A DNA stretch of 64,000 nt from Deinococcales bacterium. GTDB lineage: Bacteria; Deinococcota; Deinococci; Deinococcales; JAAFIG01. A program made the translations under genes and the position numbers. Below are positions 55,855 through 64,000 of this stretch, piece by piece (position 1 is the stretch's first letter; each line of letters starts with the position of its first letter). The stretch covers positions 29,044 to 93,043 of the forward strand of contig JAYWGM010000044.1 in assembly GCA_043778225.1 (NCBI GenBank), written 5' to 3'. Under the pieces are notes generated by a model, which saw nothing but the letters and a program-made list of their open reading frames with translations, ran no database searches and was not told where the DNA came from.

Positions 55855-58851
55855 TTATCGTCCTTTTTTTACGTCGCGTTCATTCTTGCGCCTGTCCTGC
55901 CGACTGAGTTTTTGCACCTTGGTTTGGCTCGAGCGAATAAATGGATTTGAACCACTCGAGAAGCCACTGGTTGGTTCAGTCGCTTCTGCGCCAGCACTAT
56001 CAGCTTGCAAGTTTTGTGGAGCGGGTTCAAAGTTCACTTGGACTCGGAAAATAAATTTGGTGACTTCGGCTTTAATCGCATCGGTCATTTCCGCAAATAA
56101 CTTGGTGGCTTCAAATTTGTATTCCACAAATGGGTCTTTTTGTCCGTACTGACGGTTAAAGATGCCACTTCGCAGCACATCCATGCTGTGCAAATGCTCT
56201 TTCCAGAATTGGTCTACGATTTGCAGCACCACATAGCGCTCGAGTCCACGCAGAATTTGTGGGGTCAGTTCTTTTTCTCGAGCCTCATAGGCTTCGGCAG
56301 CGACATCGAGCAATTTGTCGGTCAAGGCATCGCGGCGTTCGGTTCGCAAACTTTCAAAGTCAAAAGTTTCAAAGGCTGGAACGCTGTCCACCAAAGTTGC
56401 CCGCATTGCCTCGAGGTCCCAATCATCGGAATCCTTGGTAAAGTGCAGCGCCGCTTGGGTGTTGATAAAGTCAACAATCATGCCTTCGGTCAGTTCGTTG
56501 ACTCCTTCGTCTTTGCCAAGCAGCACTTCGCGGCGTTGGGCATAGACCACTTCGCGCTGCTTGCTCATGACATCATCGAAAGCCAGCAGTTGCTTACGAA
56601 TCGAAAAGTTGCGGTCTTCGACTCGTTTTTGGGCAGTCTCGATTGAGCGTGTGACCATCCCCGCTTCAATCGGTTGGGTGTCGTCCATACCGAGTTTATC
56701 GAGCATATTGACGACCGTTTCGTTGGCAAAAAGGCGCATCAGGTCATCTTCAAAGGATAAATAGAATTTACTCGAGCCGGGGTCGCCTTGCCTTCCAGCC
56801 CGCCCGCGCAACTGATTGTCTATGCGCCGTGCTTCGTGGCGTTCTGTGCCGATAATATGCAGTCCACCAGCTTGCTTAACCTTGACCGAATCGGCTAGGA
56901 AGTCGTCTCGAGTTTTGATGATGTGCTGGATGTCGTCTTCGCCAACGGTTGGTTTATCCGAAACGTGTTTTATTGCGCCTTGGATGTCGTTGCGTAAACA
57001 GGCTGCCACAAACAATTCAATGCCGTCGTCATAACGACTAAAGCCTTTTTTCTCGAGGTGGGCATAAGCCGCAAATTCGGCGTTGCCACCGAGTTGAATA
57101 TCTGTGCCACGCCCAGCCATGTTGGTCGAAATCGTGATTGTGCCACCGCGTCCCGCCTGAGCGATAATATCGGCTTCTCGAGCGTGTTGTTTGGCGTTCA
57201 GGACGTTATGCTTTACGCCTTTTCGTAAAAATGCCAGCACCGCTACTTCTTTCTCGAGTTGATCAAAATAAACCAGAGCATTTTTTGGTAGTTTTGCCCG
57301 CACCCCCTCGAGTTTATCGGAAGTTAGTGCGCCGGGGTTAGAAAGGAGTTTCTGCATTTCTTCAATGAGCGCAGCACTACCTTTTGCCAGTTGCGCCTGC
57401 AATGCTCCAGCACTTTTCTCGAGAAACTGCACATAGCGGTTTGGCTCGGAAAGTAGTTTGCTTAAAAATTCGGATTTTTCGATACTGACCGTACCAACCA
57501 AGACTGGCTGCCCGATTTTATGGCGCTCAATTAGTTCTTCAACCACTGCCTTAAATTTGCCCAACTCGGTGCGGTAAACCAAATCCTGAGCGTCTTTTCG
57601 GACCATCGGCAAATTGGTTGGTATCACCAAAACATCGGCGTTGTAGAGTTCGATAAACTCTTTTTCTTCGGTTTTGGCTGTACCGGTCATACCGCCAATT
57701 TTGTTGTAGAGCTTAAAAAAATTCTGGTAAGTGATGGTCGCCAGCGTTTGGTTTTCGCCAGCAATTTTGACGTTTTCTTTGGCTTCTATTGCCTGGTGTA
57801 AACCTTCGCCGTAACGACGACCGGGCATCAAGCGCCCCGTGAATTCGTCCACAATCACGACTTCGCCTTCTTCAACGATGTAATCCACATCTTTTTTATA
57901 ATGCTCGGTGGCGCGGATGGCTTGCATCAGCATATGACCAAGTTCCATGTTCTCGGTGGTGAATAAGCCGTCTATGCTCAGTAGTTTTTCGGCTTTATTG
58001 ATACCAGCCTCGGTCAAGTGAACATTGCGCCCTTTTTCGTCTACGGTAAAATCGCCAGTTGGTTCGGTGCGGTTTTTATCGCCCGGCACAACCGCTTCGC
58101 CTTTCTCGAGCATCCCCGCAATTTTGGTCATCAGGTAATAATTGGTGGTGCTTTTTTCTGAAGCCCCAGAAATAATTAAGGGCGTGCGGGCTTCATCAAT
58201 TAAAATACTGTCCACTTCGTCGATGATGCAAAAGTTGAGTGGCGTTTCGGCACGCAACACCAAATTTTCTGGGGCTGGCGACATATTATCGCGCAAGTAA
58301 TCAAAGCCCAACTCGGAGTTGGTGACGTAAGTGATGTCGCAGCCGTAAGCATCTTTGCGCTCGGACGGGTGCATGGCGCTTTGAATCAAACCAACGCTCA
58401 AACCCAAAGTCTTAAAAACCAGACCCATTTGCTCTGCGCCGACTTTGACTAAGTAATCGTTCGCCGTGACCAAATGTGCGCCTTTGCCCGAAATAGCATT
58501 TAAGGTTAAAGCCAAGGTTGCCGCCAAGGTTTTGCCTTCGCCTGTTTTCATTTCAGCAATTCGCCCAGCGTGCAATGCTGCGCCGCCAACCAACTGGACA
58601 TCGTAATGGCGTTTGCCAAGGGTGCGCTTGCTGGCTTCTCGAGTCAGAGCAAAGGCTTCGACCATCAGTTTATCGAGGCTTTCGCCGTCCTTAAAACGCA
58701 ATTTGAGTTTACCAAATTCTTCTGCCAAATGCTCGGTAGCAAGCTTTTCCATTTCTGGCTCAAGCAAATTTACTTTTGAAACCACATCTTTTTGCAGTTT
58801 TGCCACATCTTTGGCGTTATTATCGAATAATTTATTAATAATTCCTAACAT
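55855..58851 (-). CDS. secA: Preprotein translocase SecA
   Basis: MKTGEGKT, DEVDSILIDEARTPLIISG, TNMAGRGTDI, QLRGRAGRQGDPG. Confidence 0.99.
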   Translation of the reverse strand: MLGIINKLFDNNAKDVAKLQKDVVSKVNLLEPEMEKLATEHLAEEFGKLKLRFKDGESLDKLMVEAFALTREASKRTLGKRHYDVQLVGGAALHAGRIAEMKTGEGKTLAATLALTLNAISGKGAHLVTANDYLVKVGAEQMGLVFKTLGLSVGLIQSAMHPSERKDAYGCDITYVTNSELGFDYLRDNMSPAPENLVLRAETPLNFCIIDEVDSILIDEARTPLIISGASEKSTTNYYLMTKIAGMLEKGEAVVPGDKNRTEPTGDFTVDEKGRNVHLTEAGINKAEKLLSIDGLFTTENMELGHMLMQAIRATEHYKKDVDYIVEEGEVVIVDEFTGRLMPGRRYGEGLHQAIEAKENVKIAGENQTLATITYQNFFKLYNKIGGMTGTAKTEEKEFIELYNADVLVIPTNLPMVRKDAQDLVYRTELGKFKAVVEELIERHKIGQPVLVGTVSIEKSEFLSKLLSEPNRYVQFLEKSAGALQAQLAKGSAALIEEMQKLLSNPGALTSDKLEGVRAKLPKNALVYFDQLEKEVAVLAFLRKGVKHNVLNAKQHAREADIIAQAGRGGTITISTNMAGRGTDIQLGGNAEFAAYAHLEKKGFSRYDDGIELFVAACLRNDIQGAIKHVSDKPTVGEDDIQHIIKTRDDFLADSVKVKQAGGLHIIGTERHEARRIDNQLRGRAGRQGDPGSSKFYLSFEDDLMRLFANETVVNMLDKLGMDDTQPIEAGMVTRSIETAQKRVEDRNFSIRKQLLAFDDVMSKQREVVYAQRREVLLGKDEGVNELTEGMIVDFINTQAALHFTKDSDDWDLEAMRATLVDSVPAFETFDFESLRTERRDALTDKLLDVAAEAYEAREKELTPQILRGLERYVVLQIVDQFWKEHLHSMDVLRSGIFNRQYGQKDPFVEYKFEATKLFAEMTDAIKAEVTKFIFRVQVNFEPAPQNLQADSAGAEATEPTSGFSSGSNPFIRSSQTKVQKLSRQDRRKNERDVKKGR

Positions 58852-58960
58852 GAATAGTCTCCAAGTGCCTGAGAAGGCAAGCCGAAGGAGTATAGCATCG
58901 TCAGATGAACAAAAGAATAACGAACTGCACCTTGAGCAAATCAGCCAGATTGCCTAGGGC

Positions 58961-58989
58961 TTGACAGTCGGTAGACTCACGCATATACT
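58961..58989 (+). promoter_or_regulatory. tRNA-Lys promoter
   Basis: TTGACA, 17 bp, TATACT. Confidence 0.85.
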
Positions 58990-59030
58990 CTGTCGGCTGT
59001 ACTCGGGGTTTGCCTTGAAAAACAGTTTGT

Positions 59031-59106
59031 GGCTCGTTAGCTCAGCCGGTAGAGCAACTGACTTTTAATCAGTGGGTCGGGGGATCGTGCCCCTCACGGG
59101 CCACCA
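59031..59106 (+). tRNA. tRNA-Lys(TTT) with an atypical T-loop
   Basis: Acceptor stem GGCTCGT/ACGGGCC, anticodon loop CTTTTAA, encoded CCA; T-loop ATCGTGC. Confidence 0.92.
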
Positions 59107-59107
59107 C

Positions 59108-59141
59108 AAAAAAGCCCCGCTTTTGACGGGGTTTTTTATTT
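59108..59141 (+). terminator. Intrinsic terminator
   Basis: AAAAAGCCCCG-CTTTTGA-CGGGGTTTTTT. Confidence 0.85.
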
Positions 59142-59165
59142 TCCTATCTGTGTAGAATGCAGCGC

Positions 59166-60260
59166 ATGAAGTACCGAATTTTAGTTATTTTTATTTTACT
59201 GCTTAGCGCCTTGGCACAAGCCCAAAATCCTCGAGTCACCCTCTGGACAGGTTTTGACCAACTCATTCTCAAATATGCAGCGCTAACCAATACGGTGGCG
59301 GTTTCTGGCGCAAATCTAGAGCTTAGGTTAGCCGATAATCAAAAAACAGGGCTGCTCGAGACTGGGCAGATTGCAGGACGTTTTGATACCGTGGTGCTGT
59401 CGTGGAATGCGGTTACACCCGACAAAACCAGCTTACAAATCGAGGCTCGAGCCAAGGTGGCTGGGGTCTGGACAAAATACTATAAAATCGCTTTATGGAC
59501 AACCGATACCAGCCTCGAGAAGCAGAGTTTTAGCGCCCAAGCCGACCAATTTGGGCAAGTTGAAACCGATACCCTAAAACTGAAAGCCTTTGCCGAAGCA
59601 CTGCAAATCAAAGTTATTTTCTCGAGCATAAAAACTGGAATCAGCCCAAGTCTGTTTGGTTTAGCCGCCGTGATGTCCGATTCAACCCAGCACCAAAACG
59701 TGCTGCCAAAAAGTTTGGATAAAACCGCGTGGGGCTTAGATTTACCTGTGCCAGCACGCTCACAAATGATTTACCCCAATGGCGGCTCAGTTTGGTGTAG
59801 CCCCACCAGCACCACGATGCTGCTCGAGTATTGGAGTGCCAAACTGGGGCGCAAACTATCAGATTCCGTACCGACGGCGGCTCGAGCCGTTTGGGATACG
59901 ACCTACGATGGTGCGGGCAATTGGTCTTTTAACATGGCGTATGCTGGTTCAAAGGGTCTACGCGCCTATGTGCATCGGCTCAGCAGCCTGGCGCAAGCCC
60001 AAAAATACATTGCCCAAGGCATTCCGTTGGCGCTCAGCATCGCTTGGAAACTGGGGGCTTTGGATGGTGCAGCTTTGCCCTCGAGCAATGGGCATTTGGT
60101 GGTGCTGCGCGGTTTTACCGCCACAGGCGACCCAATCATCAACGACCCTGCGGCAGCTACGGATGCAGCCGTGCGACGGGTCTATAAACGCGCCCAACTC
60201 GAGAAAATCTGGATTGAGGCTTCGGGTGGTATCGTCTATCTTATCGAGGCAGCCAAATGA
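59166..60260 (+). CDS. Secreted peptidase C39-like protein
   Basis: Signal peptide, SQM...WCSPTS (Cys), GHLVV (His), NDPA (Asp); leaderless start 59166. Confidence 0.88.
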   Translation: MKYRILVIFILLLSALAQAQNPRVTLWTGFDQLILKYAALTNTVAVSGANLELRLADNQKTGLLETGQIAGRFDTVVLSWNAVTPDKTSLQIEARAKVAGVWTKYYKIALWTTDTSLEKQSFSAQADQFGQVETDTLKLKAFAEALQIKVIFSSIKTGISPSLFGLAAVMSDSTQHQNVLPKSLDKTAWGLDLPVPARSQMIYPNGGSVWCSPTSTTMLLEYWSAKLGRKLSDSVPTAARAVWDTTYDGAGNWSFNMAYAGSKGLRAYVHRLSSLAQAQKYIAQGIPLALSIAWKLGALDGAALPSSNGHLVVLRGFTATGDPIINDPAAATDAAVRRVYKRAQLEKIWIEASGGIVYLIEAAK

Positions 60261-60793
60261 ACAACCTAAAAGCCATCAATTGCCCCCAAGATATTCCAGC
60301 CCAGTACCAGAACACGCCAATTGCCCGCTTGCTGCATTTTCATAATCTGGGTGCAGATGTAGAGCGCTGCGACAAAGCCGAGATTCTAATCGGGATGTGC
60401 ATGGATAACCGTAAAGTGCTGCGAACCCCAGATAATTTTGCCTATGTGCTGCGAACCACGGGGGCAAATTTGCGCCACAACGAATTTCGAGTGACCTACG
60501 CACTTTCGATTGGTGGGGTGCGCCATATTGCTTTGATTGCCCACACCAACTGCGGCATGGTTGGGCTGAGCCGTAAATTACCGGCTTTTGTTCAGGGAAT
60601 GATTGAAGTCGGTTGGAACGAAACCGAGGCTCGAGAATATTTTTTTCAGTATGCACCATTTTTTGAAATCGAAAACGAAGCCGATTTTGTGCGCCTCGAA
60701 GCGGCTCGGCTGCGTGCCAAATACCCGAATGTAATGATTGTCCCTTTGATGTATCAACTCGAGGATAACCGTTTGTATATCGTTGAGGAATAA
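60257..60793 (+). CDS. Beta-class carbonic anhydrase
   Basis: Zinc-ligand motifs CMDNR and HTNCG. Confidence 0.88.
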   Translation: MNNLKAINCPQDIPAQYQNTPIARLLHFHNLGADVERCDKAEILIGMCMDNRKVLRTPDNFAYVLRTTGANLRHNEFRVTYALSIGGVRHIALIAHTNCGMVGLSRKLPAFVQGMIEVGWNETEAREYFFQYAPFFEIENEADFVRLEAARLRAKYPNVMIVPLMYQLEDNRLYIVEE

Positions 60794-60849
60794 TTGGCTC
60801 AAGCCTCGAGTCCCATTGTTGGGTCAAAGTCTTTGTTAGACTCCGCCTC

Positions 60850-61803
60850 GTGAATGTTCTCGAGTTGCTGCGCCAGAATGTACTTTCGCCAATGGTATTG
60901 GCTTTTTTACTTGGTTTGTTGGCTGTTTTGGTGCGCTCGGATTTGCGTTTTCCGAGCAATTTTTCTTCGATGGTCAGCTTATATTTGCTGTTTGCAATCG
61001 GCTTAAAAGGTGGCGCAGAATTATCGGTCACGCCGTTCTCGAGTATTGTTTTACCAATACTGGCAACTTTAGCGATTGGCGGATTGACTCCGCTGATTGC
61101 TTTTTTTGTTTTACGACAGCGCTTTGACCGCCTCAATGCGGCGGCTATCGCAGCCCACTATGGCAGTGTCTCGGTCGTGACTTTTACGGCTGCCCTGACT
61201 TTTGCCCAAAGCCAATACCCAAACCTTGAAGGTTTTTTACCAGCCTTGGTGGCACTGCTCGAGATTCCGGGGATTGCGATTGCAATTGCTTTGGCAAAAA
61301 ACGCCAAGCCCAGCGCCGCGCTTTGGCATGAGCTTCTGACCGGCAAAAGTCTTTTTATTGTGCTGGGTGGCTTAGCCATCGGTTTACTGGCGGGTCAGTT
61401 GGGACTTGAGCGGGTCAAACCGTTTTTTGTTGAGCCTTTTCAGGGCGTACTGGCATTGTTTTTACTCGAGATGGGGATTGTGGCTGGGCAGCGTTTGCGC
61501 GACCTCAAAAATGTAGGTTTTTTTTTGGTGGCTTTTGGGGTGCTGATTCCAGTCTTGCACGGTGCTATTGGTGTATTGCTGGGGTACGCTTCTGGTCTGA
61601 GCCAAGGCGGTGCATTTGTGCTTGGGGTCATGGCAGCCAGCGCCAGTTACATTGCTGCGCCGGCGGCGGTACGTGCCGCGCTACCCGAAGCCAACCCAGC
61701 CTATTATCTTGGGGCAAGCCTCGGGATTACTTTTCCATTTAATTTAACTTTGGGCATTCCGATTTATGCAGTTTTTGCGGCGTGGCTTTACTCAAGCTCG
61801 TAA
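60850..61803 (+). CDS. sbtA: SbtA-family sodium-dependent bicarbonate transporter
   Basis: YLLFAIGLKGG, AAHYGSVS..TF, ASASYIAAP, LGITFPFN. Confidence 0.9.
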   Translation: MNVLELLRQNVLSPMVLAFLLGLLAVLVRSDLRFPSNFSSMVSLYLLFAIGLKGGAELSVTPFSSIVLPILATLAIGGLTPLIAFFVLRQRFDRLNAAAIAAHYGSVSVVTFTAALTFAQSQYPNLEGFLPALVALLEIPGIAIAIALAKNAKPSAALWHELLTGKSLFIVLGGLAIGLLAGQLGLERVKPFFVEPFQGVLALFLLEMGIVAGQRLRDLKNVGFFLVAFGVLIPVLHGAIGVLLGYASGLSQGGAFVLGVMAASASYIAAPAAVRAALPEANPAYYLGASLGITFPFNLTLGIPIYAVFAAWLYSSS

Positions 61804-62682
61804 AGCTGGCACAAGCCACGGAATCACAAACCAAGCTGCCATCATGGCTGTACCAACATACGGTAGGGCATAAATGACCGGTGCATGGGCTTGCTGAAAA
61901 TTGCCATTGCGAATTCCACGCAACACCCCGGGCAGAATAATCACCAAAAGCATCACAAAACCAAAACCAAAGACCCACCATGGGGCAATTTGCTGCACCA
62001 ACAACGCATATGCCCCCGCCAGAACCGAAAGCGTCAGCAGGGCTTGCATTAAAACCTGCGCTCGAGGCTTACCGAGTAAACCCGCCGTGTTTTTTAAGCC
62101 AGCTTCTTGGTCGCCCTCAAAGTCGCGCACTTGATTAAAGACTTGCCCATAAGCGCTGGCAGCCGTCATCGAAAGAAGCGGTGCAATATAGGCGGTGTTC
62201 AGGCTATCGGCAAAAGCAAAATAACCACATAATAACTGTAAACTCGAGAGCATGATCATGTGGCTGACGACATCAAGCACCGCAATACCCTTAAAACGCC
62301 AGGGGCGATAGGAGTACAAAAACCCCAGCACAATACAAATCCCACCCAGCACCGTAACGGTCAAGCCCAAAGGCAAAAATAACAAAAAGGCAATGCCAGC
62401 CACCACAAACGAAGCCAAATTGGCTTGCTGGCTCGAGATTAAACCTGCCGTGACCGGATTTCGCCCAACTTTTTTCGGGTCTCGAGCATCGTCTGGGGCA
62501 TCTTCGACATCGTTGTACATAAAGGCAAAACCAACCGCTAACCAATTGGCAAGCAGCACCAAAAGCATCTTCCAGTTGAGGTTTCCACCCGCCGCCGCCA
62601 CACCAAGGCAAGTGGTAAACACCACAGAACCCGCGTAATCGTTAAAACGCAATAAGCGCCAAATGCCAATCAATTGTTTCAC
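61792..62682 (-). CDS. UbiA-family prenyltransferase
   Basis: NDVEDAPDD and NQVRDFEGD Asp-rich motifs; YSYRPWRFK. Confidence 0.88.
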   Translation of the reverse strand: MKQLIGIWRLLRFNDYAGSVVFTTCLGVAAAGGNLNWKMLLVLLANWLAVGFAFMYNDVEDAPDDARDPKKVGRNPVTAGLISSQQANLASFVVAGIAFLLFLPLGLTVTVLGGICIVLGFLYSYRPWRFKGIAVLDVVSHMIMLSSLQLLCGYFAFADSLNTAYIAPLLSMTAASAYGQVFNQVRDFEGDQEAGLKNTAGLLGKPRAQVLMQALLTLSVLAGAYALLVQQIAPWWVFGFGFVMLLVIILPGVLRGIRNGNFQQAHAPVIYALPYVGTAMMAAWFVIPWLVPALRA

Positions 62683-62778
62683 GTCAAAAATCCCCTTGAT
62701 GTCTTGTCCCGTACAGACAAGGATACCGCGTTAGGACACGTTTCGACTAGGGGGTGAATTTTTTTGTAGACTAGGCTC

Positions 62779-63840
62779 ATGACTTTTGATGAGATGCTGA
62801 CCCAATGTGTAAAAAGCGGCGCTTCGGATATTCATTTGCATTCTGGTATGCCACCGCACGTGCGAACCAACGGACATATGAAACCCCTGATGCCTACACC
62901 CTTGACGGCACAACTGATGGAAAGCCTCGTCACCACAATGCTCAGCGAAAAGCAACGCGCCAAGTTTAGCGAAAAAAACCAAGTCGATTTTGCTCATAGT
63001 ATTGCAGGTGTGGCTCGTTTTCGGGTCAATATGTTTCGCCAGCGCGGCAGTGTCAGCTTGGTTTTGCGGGTCATCAGCAACGACAACAGTCACCTTGCAA
63101 ACGTTAAATTACCATTTAATACGATTAGCGACCTCGCCCAACAAAAGCGCGGCATTATTTTAGTGACCGGTCCGACTGGTTCGGGTAAAAGCACCACTTT
63201 GGCAGCCATTTTAGACCAGATTAACCGTACTCGAGCCGAAATGATTGTGACCATCGAAGACCCCATCGAAATGCTGCACAGCAACCACCAGAGCGTCGTG
63301 GTACAACGCGAAGTTGGACAGGACGCGCCAAGTTTTGCCGAAGCCTTGGTGGCAGCCATGCGCCAAGACCCAGATGTGATCATGATTGGCGAAATCCGCG
63401 ACTTTGCGACTGCCCAAGCTGCCATCAGCGCGGCTCAAACCGGACATTTGGTGCTGAGTACCCTGCACACCATGGACACGATTCGCACCGTCAATCGGAT
63501 TCTCGAGCTTTTCCCACAAGAAGAACGTGGCATTGCGCGGGTTTTATTTGCCGATTCGATTATTGCTGTGGTCTCGCAGCGTTTACTGCCCAAAGCCGAT
63601 GGTCAAGGGCGGGTGGCGGCGGTCGAGATTATGCGCGGCACACTGTACATCAAAGACATTATTAAAGACGAAGGCGCACTCAGTAAACTCAAAGAAGCCC
63701 TTTATGATGGGCGCGAAAACGGCATGATTCCATTTGATGAACACCTGACCGAACTGCACCGCGACGGCTTGATTGACTTTAACACGGGCTACTCGGCAGC
63801 CACCAGTCCACATGAATTTAAGATGAAAGCAGGGGCTTAG
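62779..63840 (+). CDS. pilT: Type IV pilus retraction ATPase (PilT/PilU family)
   Basis: ASDIHL, GPTGSGKST, TIEDPIE, MRQDPD, TGHLVLSTLHT. Confidence 0.88.
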   Translation: MTFDEMLTQCVKSGASDIHLHSGMPPHVRTNGHMKPLMPTPLTAQLMESLVTTMLSEKQRAKFSEKNQVDFAHSIAGVARFRVNMFRQRGSVSLVLRVISNDNSHLANVKLPFNTISDLAQQKRGIILVTGPTGSGKSTTLAAILDQINRTRAEMIVTIEDPIEMLHSNHQSVVVQREVGQDAPSFAEALVAAMRQDPDVIMIGEIRDFATAQAAISAAQTGHLVLSTLHTMDTIRTVNRILELFPQEERGIARVLFADSIIAVVSQRLLPKADGQGRVAAVEIMRGTLYIKDIIKDEGALSKLKEALYDGRENGMIPFDEHLTELHRDGLIDFNTGYSAATSPHEFKMKAGA

Positions 63841-64000
63841 GAACTTTCAAGAGTCTATATACGCGACTGACCAACACAATTTGGTATCAGGTGTTTTATT
63901 ACCCGTCTTTCCGCTACCCCTATATCGTACTGAGGAATTAAATTTATGCCAAGCTAAGGGATGAACCCAGAATACATCAGTCAATCCATAGAACACCTTG

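Noticed and set aside
60276..61136. 286-aa minus-strand ORF
   Set aside because: Antisense to the well-supported carbonic anhydrase and sbtA genes.

Overview
Bacterial chromosomal window, very likely from the phylum Deinococcota (Deinococcus-Thermus). The basis is a dimeric GlyQS, Thermus-like ArgS and SecA, futalosine-pathway mqnC, and many leaderless genes with a TANNNT -10 box 5-8 nt before the start codon. GC content is moderate for the phylum. Housekeeping content: ndk, a 2-oxo-acid dehydrogenase E1a/E1b/E2 operon, mutM, meaB, a B12-riboswitch btuFCD-cobU operon, mqnC, SAM-riboswitch metK-metF, T-box glyQS, argS, secA, a pilT-like gene and three tRNAs. A ~22-kb surface-glycan locus (18.7-41 kb) encodes bacillosamine-like Pgl genes, dTDP-Fuc4NAc wecD/wecE, rmlABD, wzx, wzy and a ligase. 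It is interleaved with TA and nuclease genes and a nucleotidyltransferase/lasso-B2-peptidase fusion. A second TA cluster follows glyQS. The strongest signal is extreme over-representation of the palindrome CTCGAG (by-eye count 37 in one 4-kb sample, about 1 expected). The motif occurs in all reading frames, builds stems in all three riboswitches, starts each unit of a tandem repeat, and is absent from the AT-rich core of the glycan locus. Also seen: GTAG-type REP hairpins, three short tandem arrays (one forming a chain of ATGA-coupled mini-ORFs) and two gene remnants. All calls come from reading motifs by eye; no database searches were run.
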